DNA of 64,000 bases, from NCBI RefSeq assembly GCF_009914755.1, contig NC_060931.1; one strand, written 5' to 3'. This stretch comes from the human T2T-CHM13v2.0 reference genome, Homo sapiens. Made by a program: the position numbers and the translations under genes. The notes under the pieces are model-generated. The model saw only the letters and a program-made list of their open reading frames with translations, had not been told where the DNA came from and made no database searches. Shown in pieces: positions 1-20,661 of the stretch (positions are counted from its first letter, which is position 1; every line of letters starts with the position of its first letter).

Positions 1-70
1 CTAAGAGTTTTGCGGGAGCAATTCATTCATCCAGACAAACACATACACTTGTAGCAAAGTACTTTTTCTA

Positions 71-280
<210 letters not shown>

Positions 281-1071
281 CTAGGCCAAGGATGCCTAGA
301 GAAATACACAATATTTATTTCTGTATTTTTCTCTGGACTACATCCTCACATATTCCTGGTATAGATGTACCAGTAATCATGTCTTTTAAAAATGCTGCAA
401 CTATTCATAATCGGTCAATTAAATGCCATTTTCCTATTGACTTAAAATGTAAAAGTATTGACTCTTTTTTATATTTCTGCTCAACTTTCAAAGGTCCTAA
501 TGTGTTAGCATTAAGCAAATGTGTCTTACAGCTTCTTGGTCAAAGGATAAACGATTAAATATATTAGGAATTTAGAGGAAAGAATTCTGCCTTTCCAGTA
601 TGAACTGTATTTCAGGGTAACCATACCTGAGAAGTAATTTTCTTTTTCTATCCCATAGAGCTAAAGCTACCAGAAAAATTCTTCTTTATAGATGAATCAC
701 ACTAATAGTTGCAAAAGAGTTGATAGAATTAGAAAACCACCATTTGGCAATACTTAATGACATCATGGTTCTAAACAATCATTATCATTAGCTACTAAAA
801 CCATTAAGTGAAAGATCAGATGAATAGTATAGTGGAATGATCAGACTGGAATGACCTGAACCTACTCTGTGATCTCCATCACTAAAAATAGGACAATCAG
901 ACACTGTATATCTCTTCATAAGATGGGACAGAACCACTGGTACGAAGCCATCAATTGTATAGCATACTTGACTCAAAACTGAACCTAAATCTAATCAGTT
1001 CCCTAAATCTAATGATCAATTTATAGAAATTACACATCAAATGACCCCATGAGGAAACAATTTGCTAATCT

Positions 1072-1614
1072 GTTTTGAGACAGAGTTTCACTCTGTCACC
1101 CAGGCTGAAGTACAGTGGTGTGATCATGGCTCACTATATCCTCAACCTCCTGAGCCCAAGTGATCCTCCCACCTCAACCTCCCAAAGTGCTAGGATTATA
1201 AGCATCAGCCAGCATGCCAGGTTAATTTTCTACATTTTGAATTTGGAAAATTCTATAGGTCAAATCACCTAGTCGTTGTTTTTATTGTTTTTTTTTTTTC
1301 CTTTTTCTTTTTCTTTTCTTTTCTTTTTTTTTTTTTTTGAGACAGTCTCACTCTGTTGCCCAGGCTGAGTACAATGGTGCAAAGACAGCTCAACCTCCTG
1401 GGCTCAAGTGATCCTCCCACCTCAACCTCTTGAGTAGCTGGGACCACAAGTGTGTACCACCACACCTGTCTAACTTTTTAAAAAGTTTTTGTAGAGATGG
1501 GGTCTCAACTCACCATGTTGCCCAGGCTGGTCTTAAACTCCTGGGCTCAAGCAATCCTTCTGCCTTGGCCTCCCAAAGTGCTAGGATTACAGGCATGAGC
1601 CACCACACCTGGCC
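1072..1614 (-). mobile_element. Alu monomer (1072-1222) and AluJ (1280-1614)
   Basis: Alu consensus, poly-T. Confidence 0.85.
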
Positions 1615-1946
1615 TATCTGATTTCTTAAAAATGAAATTGCATGAAAAAAGTAGAGGAGGGGAAACTGTAGTAGACTAAAAGATATTTATGACACAAATC
1701 AACCAAACACAATGTACAGACCCTGCTTAGATACTGATTTGCAATACCTCAACTCTAAATAGTCATTGTTTAAGACAATGGGAAAACATAAAACGTGAAC
1801 TGGGTATTAGATGATATTAAGGAATTATCATTAACTTTGTTACATAGGTTAATGATATTGTATTATGTTTTTTAAAACCTCTTACCTGTTAGGAAGACAC
1901 CTAATATATATACAGGGAAATGATAACATGTATTGGATTTACATTA

Positions 1947-2279
<333 letters not shown>

Positions 2280-2371
2280 TTAGAGGTGATGGTAGTAACA
2301 ATATTGTTACCACTACTACAAATACGTTACAAAGATAGTAAAATATTGACAGTGTTTAAGTTGGATGATAG

Positions 2372-2747
<376 letters not shown>

Positions 2748-4240
2748 AACAATTACATTTTAAAAAATAAATGCTTGAAGGAAAAAACTCTTTAAAGAAG
2801 AAGGTGACTCATTAGAATGAGAAAGATTGGCCCCAGTTTATCTCTATTTTAAGGTCAGGTTTCCATTCTGGATTTGTATAACATGGGATAGACTGAATGA
2901 ATATGTTGTAAGATGCCCATGAACAGTGACGTGTGCCGTAGTTCACTTCTATGTCCCACTGTAGTTCAGGATAGTACCCCAGCCCTTATTCTATCCTACA
3001 GCAAGTGTGTCTCCTTGGGCTAGTGAGAGCAGGATTAAATTTGGTTCTCTGCATGACCCACCCCCCACCCTCCCCCACTAACATGTTTTTCTAATTTATT
3101 TTTTTTATTCATGTGGCTGTTTATTATCACTATGTGCCATGCATTATACAAACTATTCCAAGACAGCCTGGGCAACCTGGAGAAACCGTGTCTCTATTAA
3201 AAAATAAAAAAATTAGTCAGGTGTAGCGGTGTGCACCCATAGTCCTAGTTACTTGGGTGACTGCAGTGGGAGGATCACCCGAGTCCGAGAGGTTGAGGCT
3301 GCAGTGAGCTGTGATTGCGCCACTGCACCCCAGCAACCTAACCCCCAACCCCCCCCCCCCACAAAAAAACACCAAAATATTTCAAGAGCTCTGAGGAGCT
3401 GATAATTGAGGTTGGTGGGGAGGGAGGGGGAAGGGAGGAGGAGGGAAGGTTGTGCTAGAGACATTTACATAAGTAACTGTATTACAAGGTAGAAGTGGGT
3501 AAGTACTATAAGGGAATCTCGAGTGTTGGAGAATTGGAGGAGAATCACAAGGAATGTTATAGTATGGGAAAGTGGCATTCCAGCTAAATCGTGAGGGGTG
3601 CTGTATTCATGTGAATGACGGGAAGGAGTATTCCTGGAGAGGGGAAGAGCAAATGGAAAAGCACGAAGCAACTCTGACATATGGAAGTTCTTGAGATCGA
3701 CAATGGCTGACTACAGGAGCTATCTGGAAATGCCACAAAGCAATTTTTTCCCCTAGAAATACATGTGCACAGAAAGAACCATCCAGCTTGGCGTCAAGGT
3801 TTACTATGCTTTCCACAGTTCCTGCTGTCTGGAAGGGCCATAAAGCATGGTCTCACTAGTTGAGACTAACTGGGAGTATCTGAATTGTTAAAAAATCAAA
3901 ATTACCGGAACTTTAAAAAAAAAAATGCAGTTTTGTTGCTTTAAGGAAAGACAGTTCCAACACACTTTTGTGAAGACATCCTGCCAGAACGATTGTAACG
4001 ATTGTAACGAATGGAAAGCAGCTCTGATGATCTCATTCATTGGCTGAATGTGAACAGCCCCTCCCCATCCTCCTACTCTGCCTTTTTCCCCCACCTAACA
4101 TTTGTCAGGAACTGAAATAGTTATTGCCTCATCCACCAGAATGTAAGCTCCCGTGAGGGCATGAGATTTACTCCTCTCTTCCCTAAACCCTGAAATATTC
4201 TTTTTACTTTATTAATTTGAATATTTAAACTACAGGAAGG

Positions 4241-4536
4241 GGCCAAGTGCAGTGGCTCATGCCTGTCATCCCAGCACTTTGGGAGGCTGAGGCAGGTGGA
4301 TCACCTGAGGTCAAGAGTTCGAGACCAGCCTGGCCCTCACGGTGAAACCCTGTCTCTATTAAAAATACAAAAATTAGCTGAGCATAGTGCCATGTGCCTG
4401 TAGTCCCAGCTACTCAGGAGGCTGAGGCAGGAGAATCACTTCAACCAGGGAGGCAGAGGTTGCAGTGAGCCGAAATTGTGCCACTACACTCCAACCTGGG
4501 TGACAGAGTAAGACTCTGTCAAAAAAAAAAAAAAAA
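4241..4536 (+). mobile_element. AluS
   Basis: Alu consensus. Confidence 0.9.
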
Positions 4537-5244
4537 TTTACTGAAAGGGACTTTAGATAGCTACACCAATCAGATTCTAATTCTTGGGAAATCAACTTGA
4601 GAAATTCAGAGAAAATTAGGCAGTTAGTGGCAGAAGATAAGGCTGAAGAGATATGCAGGTTGGAATTATGAATTAGAATTAAGTCAACTTAATTATATAT
4701 ATAGTTACTAAGTCTATTAATAGCAGGGGAATAAAAATAATAATAACCAGAGCAGTTAACATTTTCTGAACACCTGATCAGTGTTCGGAATGTGTTACCC
4801 AAGCAACCGTGAGGAAGGTATTATTATTAAGCCCATTTTACAGATGAGGATATACAGAGTGATTCATTTGTCCAAATCCACACAGCTAATGGGTGGCAAG
4901 GTGGAATTTGAACCTAGGTGAGCTAGATCCAGCATCCAGGCTGTTAACCTGGTCCCAAGAAAGAATCTTTGACTCTAGGCTGCTGCAGTTCTAAAGCAGA
5001 ATAGGAAGCAACTCCCCTTCCTGAGGCCCTGATATAGCTCAGTTTCCATTCTTAGATTCTTGCGAGTTGTTTTCCATATGACTTCATAGTTATTTATCTT
5101 TTTAGTAACTTCCTTTTTCATCAAATAGCTTGAATTCTTACAACCAAAAGAACCTAGTTAGAACACCTTGATTTTATACTTCTCTTGAAGCCTGTTTTAT
5201 GTAATCACACATCACCCAGAAAAAAAATATCCAACTCCAAAAAT

Positions 5245-6078
<834 letters not shown>

Positions 6079-6509
6079 TCAAGATCAGCCCTAGAAAATG
6101 ACTTCTTGTTATTTTGCAGAGGCTATTTACACGGCAAATATTCAAGACTGACCTGTATGTATACGAATAGAGAAAATCCTTTGGGATGAGAATTGCTCAC
6201 AGTAAAAGACTTGTATCCTTCACTGCCATTAGTAGAAGGCTCAAAGCAAAGGAGTGAATGAATATTCAGGAATTAATCTCATCTTTAAATCCAAGTTGGA
6301 TGGTAAAAGAGGAGAGCTGGGGCAGCCAAATAACAAGACACCATCCTTTCAAGCTTCCCTACACCAGACATCAGTGATTACGGGTTGGAATCTGGTAGCT
6401 GTCTTGAAGGGTTCTTTTCTACATCAAGTGTGAAATATCATTTTCAATTCATGCCGTAAACCTCAGTCCAAACTGTAACCAGAGTGAACCCTTCAGAAAG
6501 TAAGTCATA

Positions 6510-7120
6510 ATACATTGCTAGTGAGAGTGTAAAATGAAACCACCACGTTGGAAAACAGTTTGGTGGTTTCTTATACAGTTAAATATGCACTCCTATGTGA
6601 TTTAGCAATCCCATTTCTGGGTATTTACCCAAGAGAAATGAAAACCTGTATCCACACAAAGATGTGCACGTGAATGCTCACAGCAGCGTTATTATGATAA
6701 CCAAAAAGGAGAAATAACCTAAGTGTCCATCAGCTGGTAAACAAATAAACTATGGAATAGCCTTACAATAACTTATTACTTATTCCTCAGTGATAAAAGA
6801 GGAACAACTACTATACATGCAACAACGCGGTTGAGTCTAAAAAACATTATTCCAGAGTGAAAGAAGTCAGCCACATGCAATGTGCCTACTGCAAGCGTTT
6901 ATTAATATCAAATTCTAGAACAGGTAAAACAGGGACAGAAAGCAAATCAGCAATAGCCTGTGATGGGGATAAAGTGAGGTGTATGTGGTGTTGCTGGGGA
7001 AACTGATTGCAAAGAGACATAAGGAAACTTTCGGGATTGATGGAAATGTTCTATATCCTGCTTAGGGTGGTGGTTACACGCATTTGTCAATACTCATCCA
7101 ACTGCACTCTTAAAATATGA
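6510..7120 (+). mobile_element. Old L1 (L1M) 3' fragment followed by (CA)n
   Basis: GGAAAACAGTTTGG..GCAATCCCATTTCTGGGTATTTACCCAAGAGAAATGAAA. Confidence 0.75.
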
Positions 7121-7653
7121 AACAAACATAAACCACACACACACACACACACACACAAAGCAAATCAGATCATGCCACAACACTGCTCAAAATCTTCCCG
7201 GGACCTCCGCCTAATAAAATATCCAAGTTTCTATCACTGCTCTCATCTCTTACAGACCATCTACCTGTTCTGTGAAACTTCAAGCTGGTCTGTACCTTCC
7301 AGCCTTAGCCTTAGTTCTTCCTCCTCCTGGAGCGCCCTCCTTCCCACAGGCAGAGGCTGGTCTATAAAAGTAAGTGCTGTCCCACTGACTCCTCCATTTT
7401 CTGGCTGCTTCCTTGCACTGTTTCATTTTCTCCACCGTTTCATTTTCTCAGTAACTGTTACCACTTTCTGAAATGGCCTGACTTGTTTACTTGACCATTG
7501 TCTCTCACCACCCTTTTGAATACAGGCTCGAAGAGCAACTTCATCACTGTATCCCAGCACCCACAACAGGAGCCAGTACACAGCTGGCACTCAGATACTA
7601 GCTTAATGCATGACAGAATACACTTGCAGTCTAGTTCAGGAATAGAAAAAGGC

Positions 7654-8035
<382 letters not shown>

Positions 8036-8345
8036 CTATGAACCAAACAAACAGAAGTAGCTGGACAAATTGCTCTAGATTCAGGAACAAAGTCTATTGG
8101 CTCTCATCTCTCCACCACCCTTTTAAACCATAAAAACAATACAATACCACCTAAGAATTTTTTTTAATTTAAGTCATTTTTAATTCTACCACCCAATAGA
8201 AGAGATTTTAATTTTTCTTTATTATCTTCCAGTCGGCCCACATGCATGCATTGCTGCAATTATCATGCACATTGATTTTTGTGTTTTTTTTAACTTTCCT
8301 ATTTTAAATATAAACAAAATTTCAGAAACATAAATTTGGGGTTCT

Positions 8346-8670
<325 letters not shown>

Positions 8671-9647
8671 TTAACAACACCAAATTTTGCTCTTCCTATC
8701 TAGTTTTCATAATCAAAATCTTTAACAAGTGCCAGATACGCCACTGAAATTTAATACCCTAATTTATTTAGTCACCACTGCACTGGTACAGACTGGTCCT
8801 ACTTTTAGTACTATAGGTACTGGTTTTGGTCTAGTATTCTTCGGTCACACCATGCTGCTTAACAAGCACCTTACTTTATGCCTATAGCTTTTCTCCCCCC
8901 TTCTTCTAGTGAATTATTTCCTAAGAAAGGTTCCTAAGGGAATGAAAAGACAAACATATTAGCATATTTTAATGTCACTTGACATGTACTGCCAGACTGT
9001 TTTTCCAAATACTTGGTATAATGGTCCTTGTAAAAGCTACGTCATCTAAGGCCCACTAAGCGGTACAGGATCCAACTGCAGGTACCATCTGCGAATTCAG
9101 GGACCTCAGAAAGGCTCCTTTACCTCTTCCAAAGCACCTGCAAGTCCCGAAAGGGCAAGCACTTGATCATGTGCAGGGGGTGCCCAATGGGATGGTACCT
9201 TCAGAAGGAGGGCAGTTCCTGCCCTGATATCTAACTAAACACAGCAGGTAGATTGGCGGCAGCTCACCAGAAGACCTTTCTATAGTAGCTCCAATAAACA
9301 CGGTGGAAGGCAAAGTACTTTAATCAATGTGATGATGGAACTACTGACCTAGATGATAAACCCTAAAAGAAACAGCAAGTTTCTAAAACTCTGAAGGTGC
9401 CCAAAAGCCCAAGGCCTCTACCGTAGTCACCAGCACCTGAAATATTGCCTCTCCCTGGGCAGCTGCCCACCCAGAATCAGAAACAGCATGGCAGAGCTGG
9501 AAGTACCCCCAAGACTACTTAGTTTGAGCCCCTGATTTTGCAGTTGAGAGAAGTGGGCCTAGATAGGCCAGGTGCCCCTCCTAGGGTGGCAGAGCAAGTG
9601 TTCGTCACAGCCAGAGCTCTAGAACACAGGTCTTCTGATGGCCACTA

Positions 9648-9905
<258 letters not shown>

Positions 9906-10529
9906 CTAATTGGAAAAAAAATAAAAGGTAAAGTCAGGGTAGGCTTTTAGGAAATCTCTACTGTTATATGATTTCGTTTTAGCAATGAGATGTGAACAGG
10001 AGTGCATTTTGCTTCCCAAACCAGATTGTAAAAGCTTCCAGCTCAGGGCTATGTCACAGACTTCTGTGGTCTTCTCTATCATGGTACCCTAGAGAGAGAA
10101 GTCTATCCTGCAGAAACTCACTACACACTTGGGGGAGGCCTGAGAAGTGTAGCTGTTTGCAATACTCTTTTACAGCCTTCCATAAAATATGAGCCAAATA
10201 TACAGAGCAACTTGCATCCCCTCTTTTCTGATGCCACGCCGGCATCTGTCATCTAACAGAATCTGACACTGACTCTTACATGAAATAGAACATCGTGGGC
10301 TATTCTAGCCACGCACGGTTTACAGTAGTCGTGAAGGGAAGTAAAGAAAGACCATCTGGTCCTCGTCCAAACTCCAATAGTTGCAGTGTTCAAATATAAA
10401 TAACCTAACCCTCTCCTCTGCCCTGAACCAGAGTAAGTAAACAAAATTGGCCGAGCCTCCTGCTAGCCAACTAACTGAAAATGCACTTGGATTTGCCACT
10501 AACTGGAGCTATAATGAAAGGGATGAGGT

Positions 10530-10953
<424 letters not shown>

Positions 10954-12021
10954 CTACCGATCCACTGCCCTCATTCCTCATTCCGTGGCCAGGGTGGGCG
11001 ATCAGGGCACACTAGAAGTACGCCCCTAGCAGCAGGGGTTCCCAGTATTTAATGGTGAGGAGACTCTTGTTTCCTGTGATCTAGAACAAAGGAGTTAATG
11101 GCAACAAATTTTTCCAAGCAGCCGTGGTGGAGAGGGGCTCACGGTTCCTTTTGCTAATGACATTCCAGACTTTCAGCTGGACCGACGCCCCTTCCTCTTC
11201 CCTAGTGGAAATGCCTGCTGGTTGTAAGCGGAGGGCAACAGAATGTACGTGTCCAAGGAAAACGTCCTGCACAGAGAAAGGCCCGAGCTGGGTCTCTTTA
11301 TCCTGGAGTGCAGCATGGTGGGAGCAGAAAGCAGTGTTCAAATATTTGTACCCAGGGCAAAGTGGGAATAAACTTGAATGTGTTTCAGGAGGTAGGACCA
11401 GTACAAAGGGTGGAAGGGACAAGGACGCTGACTTTAGCAGAACGTTCTAACTTACTGCAGCCAACAATTAAGTCATATCATGAAGATGCTTGTTGCCACA
11501 GCTTTGTGGATAGTATCTATCAGAGTGATTGTAAAAGAGCTTGCTGCCGTGATTCAATGGTGCCCGGTAAACCCTATGCCTTCCTCGGGCCAAAGTGGGC
11601 AAAACACCTCTGGCATGATGTGGGGCGGGTAGAACAGCTCTAGCACCTTGGTATCCCCTGGTTTGACCACTAGCTGAATCGCTTCCCAATTTCCCATCCC
11701 TACAGTTGAAGTCCTGTATGCATCCACTGCCTGCTCAGCTCTGTAAAACCCACTCTGTTCCTGGCTTAAAAGGCCGGAGACTTTCAAACATTGACATACA
11801 TGTGAGTGCCCCAGAGATCATATTAAAGTGCAGATATGATTCTGGGAAAGTTGGGGATGATTTAGATTCCATACTTCAGCCAGCTCCCGGGTGATGCTGA
11901 GGCTGATGCTGCTGGTCTGTGGACCTCACTTTGACTAGCAAGCCTCTAGGGTCTAGACCAGTGCTGTTCACTAGAACATTCTGTGGTGATGAAAATGTTC
12001 TCTGCGCTGTCCTATATGATA

Positions 12022-13414
<1,393 letters not shown>

Positions 13415-15291
13415 GTAGCCAAGCTATGTGTGGCTATACAGCACTGAAAATGTGACTACAGTGACCATGGAACTGATTTCTTAATTTTTTATGTGTTTAA
13501 TTAAAGTTTAAAATGAAATTGCCGCATGTGGCAAGTGGTTGTCATACTGGACAGCACAGGGCCACTAAGTCAGTGTCTGAGTACCTGCACAGCCTAGCAT
13601 GGCTCCACACCGACCTTCTCTAGCCTCGCCCTCACACTGCACTTGTCATGTTCATGAACCCCGGTAGGTGGTGAAGTCCTCAAAGGTAACATTTCCCCTT
13701 GGTTCAGTCCACATCAGAGACGAGTCTCAGGCACTGCTTGATGTGATGTGTAGGCTGGTTCATTCAACCCTCGCTGTTGTAAGACTAACAGGACAGCGGG
13801 AGCATGCCCATGTCATGCGTATGTTATGGTCAAGAGGTCACACAACTGACTGATGGTCCAGAAGCAACTCTCAAAGTCCCTCTCTTGTTCCTGTGTGTTG
13901 TCTGGGTCAATTACCAGGTGTTTCTATTGTAAAGGTATTCTAAGCTACTCTTGTAAGGATAAGTCCTTTTTGTGGTATCTGAAAGTCAGTCATATCTGTG
14001 CTGAGCTGGCCCCAGTTCTTTGGCAATCCTAAGCTACAGTTGCCCCATACTCTTAAGTGACAGGTAGTGACAGCCTTGCAAGATGTCTCATTAGACCTTT
14101 TAGCTACCATTAGTTTAATAGCCATAATGTGTCCTAGAGAACAGTACTGTTACTCCAGGTCTGAGTAAATGAATGAATCACACAGCCGTCAATTATTTAT
14201 TCCCCACAAGACTTGAATTTATGTTTCAGTTGCAGTAAACAGGTCTTAGCTTTTATCCTGTGTGTCAATGATTGCCTCAACCTTGGCTTTCTAGAGCTGT
14301 GGCTTGTCCTTGTTCTGAGAGGGTCTCTCAGGCCATAGCCTCCCGCTGTTTCTCAACACCAGCTTCCACAGCTGCTAAGCTTAGCTACTTTGCTGGTAAA
14401 CATCTTCGAGGACCTGAATCTGCACTCCCTAACTGGTGCACATTCAACGACTCCCAGGCTCTACCCTCCTGTCAGCCCTGCTATCACTCTACCCTACACC
14501 ATTGCTGCCCAACTGCCCATCGATTCAATCATCACTTCTCCTAATACCACACCCTCTCCCTGCCCACCATCTATGTAGGTATGAGTCCTGGTTAAGTACA
14601 TCAATTTCCATAAAAGGATATCTATTTTACCTCCCTGAGAGCTCATAATCAAAGCATATGTGCCTACTCTGTTGGCAGAAGTTTCTACTCCTCACGTTCC
14701 TCTTAGGGAGGTTCCAACCCACAACTCTTAGTTGCCTGACTTATTCAAAATTCAGTTACAAGAAATAAAAGCTGTGGGGCACTGGCAGAAGGCTTCACAG
14801 TCCACTCCTTTCTCTAAATATTCTAGCCTGTACGCTGGCTCAAGGCAGGTCACCAAAGAGCTGCAAACTTGGACCACAATGCATTGATCCATGAAAGAAA
14901 CCAGGCTGTTCTTGATATGTGGGGTTCAAATCTCCTGGAAACATTATTTTAATTTTACTTGGACTCCCAGCAAGGAAAACATTAAACCCAGGGCCTGATT
15001 TTTCCTTATTTTTTTTTTTAATAACTAGAGCCAATTCAATTTATATAATGATGGGTCTTATTAGTATGAGACAGTAAGAGTTCATTCACATCTTCAGTGA
15101 ACATCCAACAAACCTGTGTCACATTTAATGAATACAACATTCATGTGTTTGCAGATTGAATGTTACATTCTAAAAACTCCACAGTTTTCATGGGAATCCA
15201 GAATATAAAAATAAAAATAAATAAAATAAAAACTCTACAGCTAACACAGACTAAATGTCCCAGCGAGAACTTTGTATTAAAAACCTCAGGA

Positions 15292-15905
<614 letters not shown>

Positions 15906-15991
15906 TCAGGAAGTTTCTTGATGTTTTATTAGAGAACATGATTGAACTTGTGTAAATTTAAATTTAAATACAGTATCTTTCCCCCAAATAG

Positions 15992-16326
<335 letters not shown>

Positions 16327-16980
16327 TAACTAGAATGCAAATGTTTGTTTGCCAACCCTTCCCCTTTATATCTTACTAAAAATTCCAATTATTTGACATA
16401 AAAACCATCAAGACCTATAGCTTATTTTTATTTTAACCAAGGCTAATTAATTTGGGTTTATAATTTTATTTCCACAGGCGCCTGACAGAATCGCTTATTT
16501 GACATCATCCTTGGCTTGAGCATACAAAGAATCTGTGCAAAGTTTAATATCATAGGTGTTTTCACACACACGGGAGTTTCAGCAGAACTCTGTTCCACAG
16601 AGATGCTACATGGGCCACCACAGGAGAGAGAAGAGCAACAAGGAGGGGTCCAGGAGACAGCTCTGAGCCCATATCCTATTCCACCAGGGCAGCCCTGCTC
16701 TACTCTAGTTGGCTCGTTTAGAGTCTTTGAAAGATGGTTTGATAAAATGTATCTGCTGCTAAGACAGTTTGGAAACCAATATGCTGCTGAATTCATGGTA
16801 GGGCTGTTTGTGGTTGAGGACCTCACCACAGCACACAGGGTTCCCGCCATGTGGCCCACTATAGGAGGTGTTTTTCTCAGGCCTCACTAACATAACAGAG
16901 TAGTGCCTCTCCCAAGTATTTTGTTTGCTTTGGCAGTTAGGCAGCTCAGAGCCAAATGTATAGCCCACTGACTCGTAATT

Positions 16981-17062
16981 ATTAGTTCCGTGCAAAAGTA
17001 ATCAGTTTTTGCCATTAAAAGTAATTACCACCAACCCAAAAGTAATTTTACACCAACCTAAA
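16981..17062. mobile_element. MADE1 mariner MITE (degenerate)
   Basis: TTAG..GTGCAAAAGTAAT..TTTTTGCCATT...TTTTACACCAACCTAA imperfect palindrome. Confidence 0.8.
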
Positions 17063-17105
17063 TATGTAGAACCTTACGCTGCCATTCCTTTGTCCCTGCA
17101 TTATC

Positions 17106-17396
17106 TTTTTTTTTTTGGAATCTCACTTTTGTCACCCAGACTGGAGTGCAGTGGTGCAATCTCGGCTCACTGCAACCTCTGCCTGCAGGTTCAAGCGATT
17201 CTCCTGCCTCAGACTCCTGAGTAGCTGGGATTACAAGCACGCGCCACCACACCCAGCTAATTTTTTGTATTTTTAGTAGAGACAGGGTTTCACCATGTTG
17301 GCCGGGCTGGTCTCGAACTCCTGACTTCAGGTGATCCACCCCACCTCGGCCTCCCAAAGTGCTGGGATTACAGGAGTGAGCCACCGCACCCAGCCC
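17106..17396 (-). mobile_element. AluS
   Basis: Alu consensus. Confidence 0.9.
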
Positions 17397-17906
17397 ATGC
17401 ATTATTTTTGGCTTCATTTTAATCTCTTGCTTTCATTTTCTGTTTCTCATCACCCTGATTCCATTACCTGCTTAAGGTCTGTTTTCTCTCTCTCTTTAAT
17501 CCTATGAGTTAAAGGGAGGAAGGGACACTGAGACAGAAGGACAGAGGCTCTGCTCACCTAAACTTCCCTCCCTATTACTATGCCCCCACTATGGGTCAGC
17601 CTAGGATCTTCTAGTTCCAGTCCTTTAAGTCCATCTAAATCCAGACTCTGAATGAATAGTAGTGACTATCTGTACCAGATGTGGTTTCACTGCTTGAGTG
17701 AATTAACACATTCCCTGGTCTAATTAACCATGCCATCATCCATACAGTCCTTTAAGTTCTCACTCTCACCCTCTTTTCCAGCTCAAAGCAGTAGTCTCTG
17801 TACATTTTATGTGTTTATACATAGAAAGCTATCTCAAGGTTCCACCCTCCCCTCTCATGGTGAGGAAAGAGGGAAGTGCAGCTGACATGTCTCAAGCGGT
17901 TCCTTA

Positions 17907-18238
<332 letters not shown>

Positions 18239-18286
18239 TAATATATACTTTAATGTATGACTGCAATTGGAGTACATGTTTGCTGA

Positions 18287-19007
<721 letters not shown>

Positions 19008-19289
19008 CTAATGAGAGCACAGAATTAAACTTTCAGGGCTAAAATAGATCTTCAAGTTTTCTTTCCATGGCTCCAGGTCCTACACATAAAAGAAAAACGG
19101 AAACGCAGAGAGGAAAGTGACTCGCCTGCACCACATAATTAATGGTGTTACATAATGTATTCTTCCCTCAGAAAATATCCCAAAATAAAACTGTGCCCAC
19201 AAAACTCCTGATTGGCTCAATGTTATAAAGTAAGTTAGAAATTCGCATTTGGTCCATTTTTAAAATTATTTATTATTATTTAAATCGTT

Positions 19290-19872
19290 ATCAAAATGTG
19301 GAGACCCTTGCAGAAAATTGGCAAGGTTAAAGTGATTTTCATAATAACATTAAACATTATTTGCTTTTTTCACTTTCATTCTCTCAGGAATACACGATGA
19401 AATTTTCCAGAGGCTACACAATATATGATTTCACAGCAGGTTGAATAAAGAAGCGGATATGAGAATCTAGTTATCTTCTATTATGCCAGACATTAATTTG
19501 CAAAAATATAAAACTCCTCTCAATAAATTTTTTGTTTTGGAAAACAGTTATTTTATAATTATCCATATAAATATTATATATAAATATGTAAATAAATACA
19601 CACAGTTATATACCTGGGTATGTATATTAAATGGATATACATGAATATGTATATAGTATTAAATATAGTTACATGAAACATGTTCATTATGTTAACATAT
19701 AGCAAGCTTATTCTTATTTTTAAGTGAATCAAATATATAATTGTTCTCAGTTTTAATTTTTAATATGGTAAATATTGATAGCTATATTCCACACAAACAG
19801 AAATTCTTTGGGATCCTGAATACATTTTAAGTGTTGAGGAGTCCTCTGACCAAAAAGTTTGAGAATTGCTGC
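19290..19872 (+). mobile_element. hAT-Charlie family DNA transposon remnant
   Basis: Ends AAAAAGTTTGAGAATTGCTG; AT-rich interior; subfamily uncertain. Confidence 0.55.
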
Positions 19873-19892
19873 TCTAAGAAAGACCTCTTAGA

Positions 19893-20087
19893 TCAGTGGT
19901 TCTCAATCAGGAACGATTTTGACCTCAGTGGGTATTTTACAACATCTGAAGACATTTTGGGTTAGGACAACCAGTGGGGCTGGTGGGGGGGTGGTGCTTC
20001 CTGTCATCTGTGGATTGAGGCTAGGAATAGTGCTAAACAGAATCTGGCCCAAAACGTCAGTAGTGCTGAGGTTGAGAAACCCGGCTC
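19893..20087 (+). mobile_element. MER20 DNA transposon
   Basis: CAGTGGTTCTCAA...GAGGTTGAGAAACCC. Confidence 0.8.
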
Positions 20088-20138
20088 TCCACTTGCCTGG
20101 GAGCGGAAATATAGACCTAGCAACCAGAAAGTAGCTCA

Positions 20139-20157
20139 TGTCGCCCTCTAGTGGTAA
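20139..20157 (-). promoter_or_regulatory. CTCF motif
   Basis: Minus strand ACCACTAGAGGGCGA matches core CCASYAGRKGGCR. Confidence 0.65.
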
Positions 20158-20340
20158 AAATCCAGCAACACAGAATCTCCACCCTCAAATCACTAAATTC
20201 TCATATGATGAAAAGTAATGTAACTTTTCCCCCTTAAGAATTTCCTTATAAAACTGGGATGTTTCTTATATCCCTGCACACCATAGATAAATACGGTCAT
20301 ATGGGTATCACCCATTTCAGCTCTTCCAGAAGGAGAAATG

Positions 20341-20661
<321 letters not shown>

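Noticed and set aside
11021-11033. CTCF-like GCTGCTAGGGGCG (also weak matches near 40885 and 59431)
   Set aside because: Imperfect spacing or mismatches to the core motif
16458-16995. Overlapping 124/133-aa ORFs in apparently unique intron-7 sequence
   Set aside because: No recognisable homology or convincing splice context
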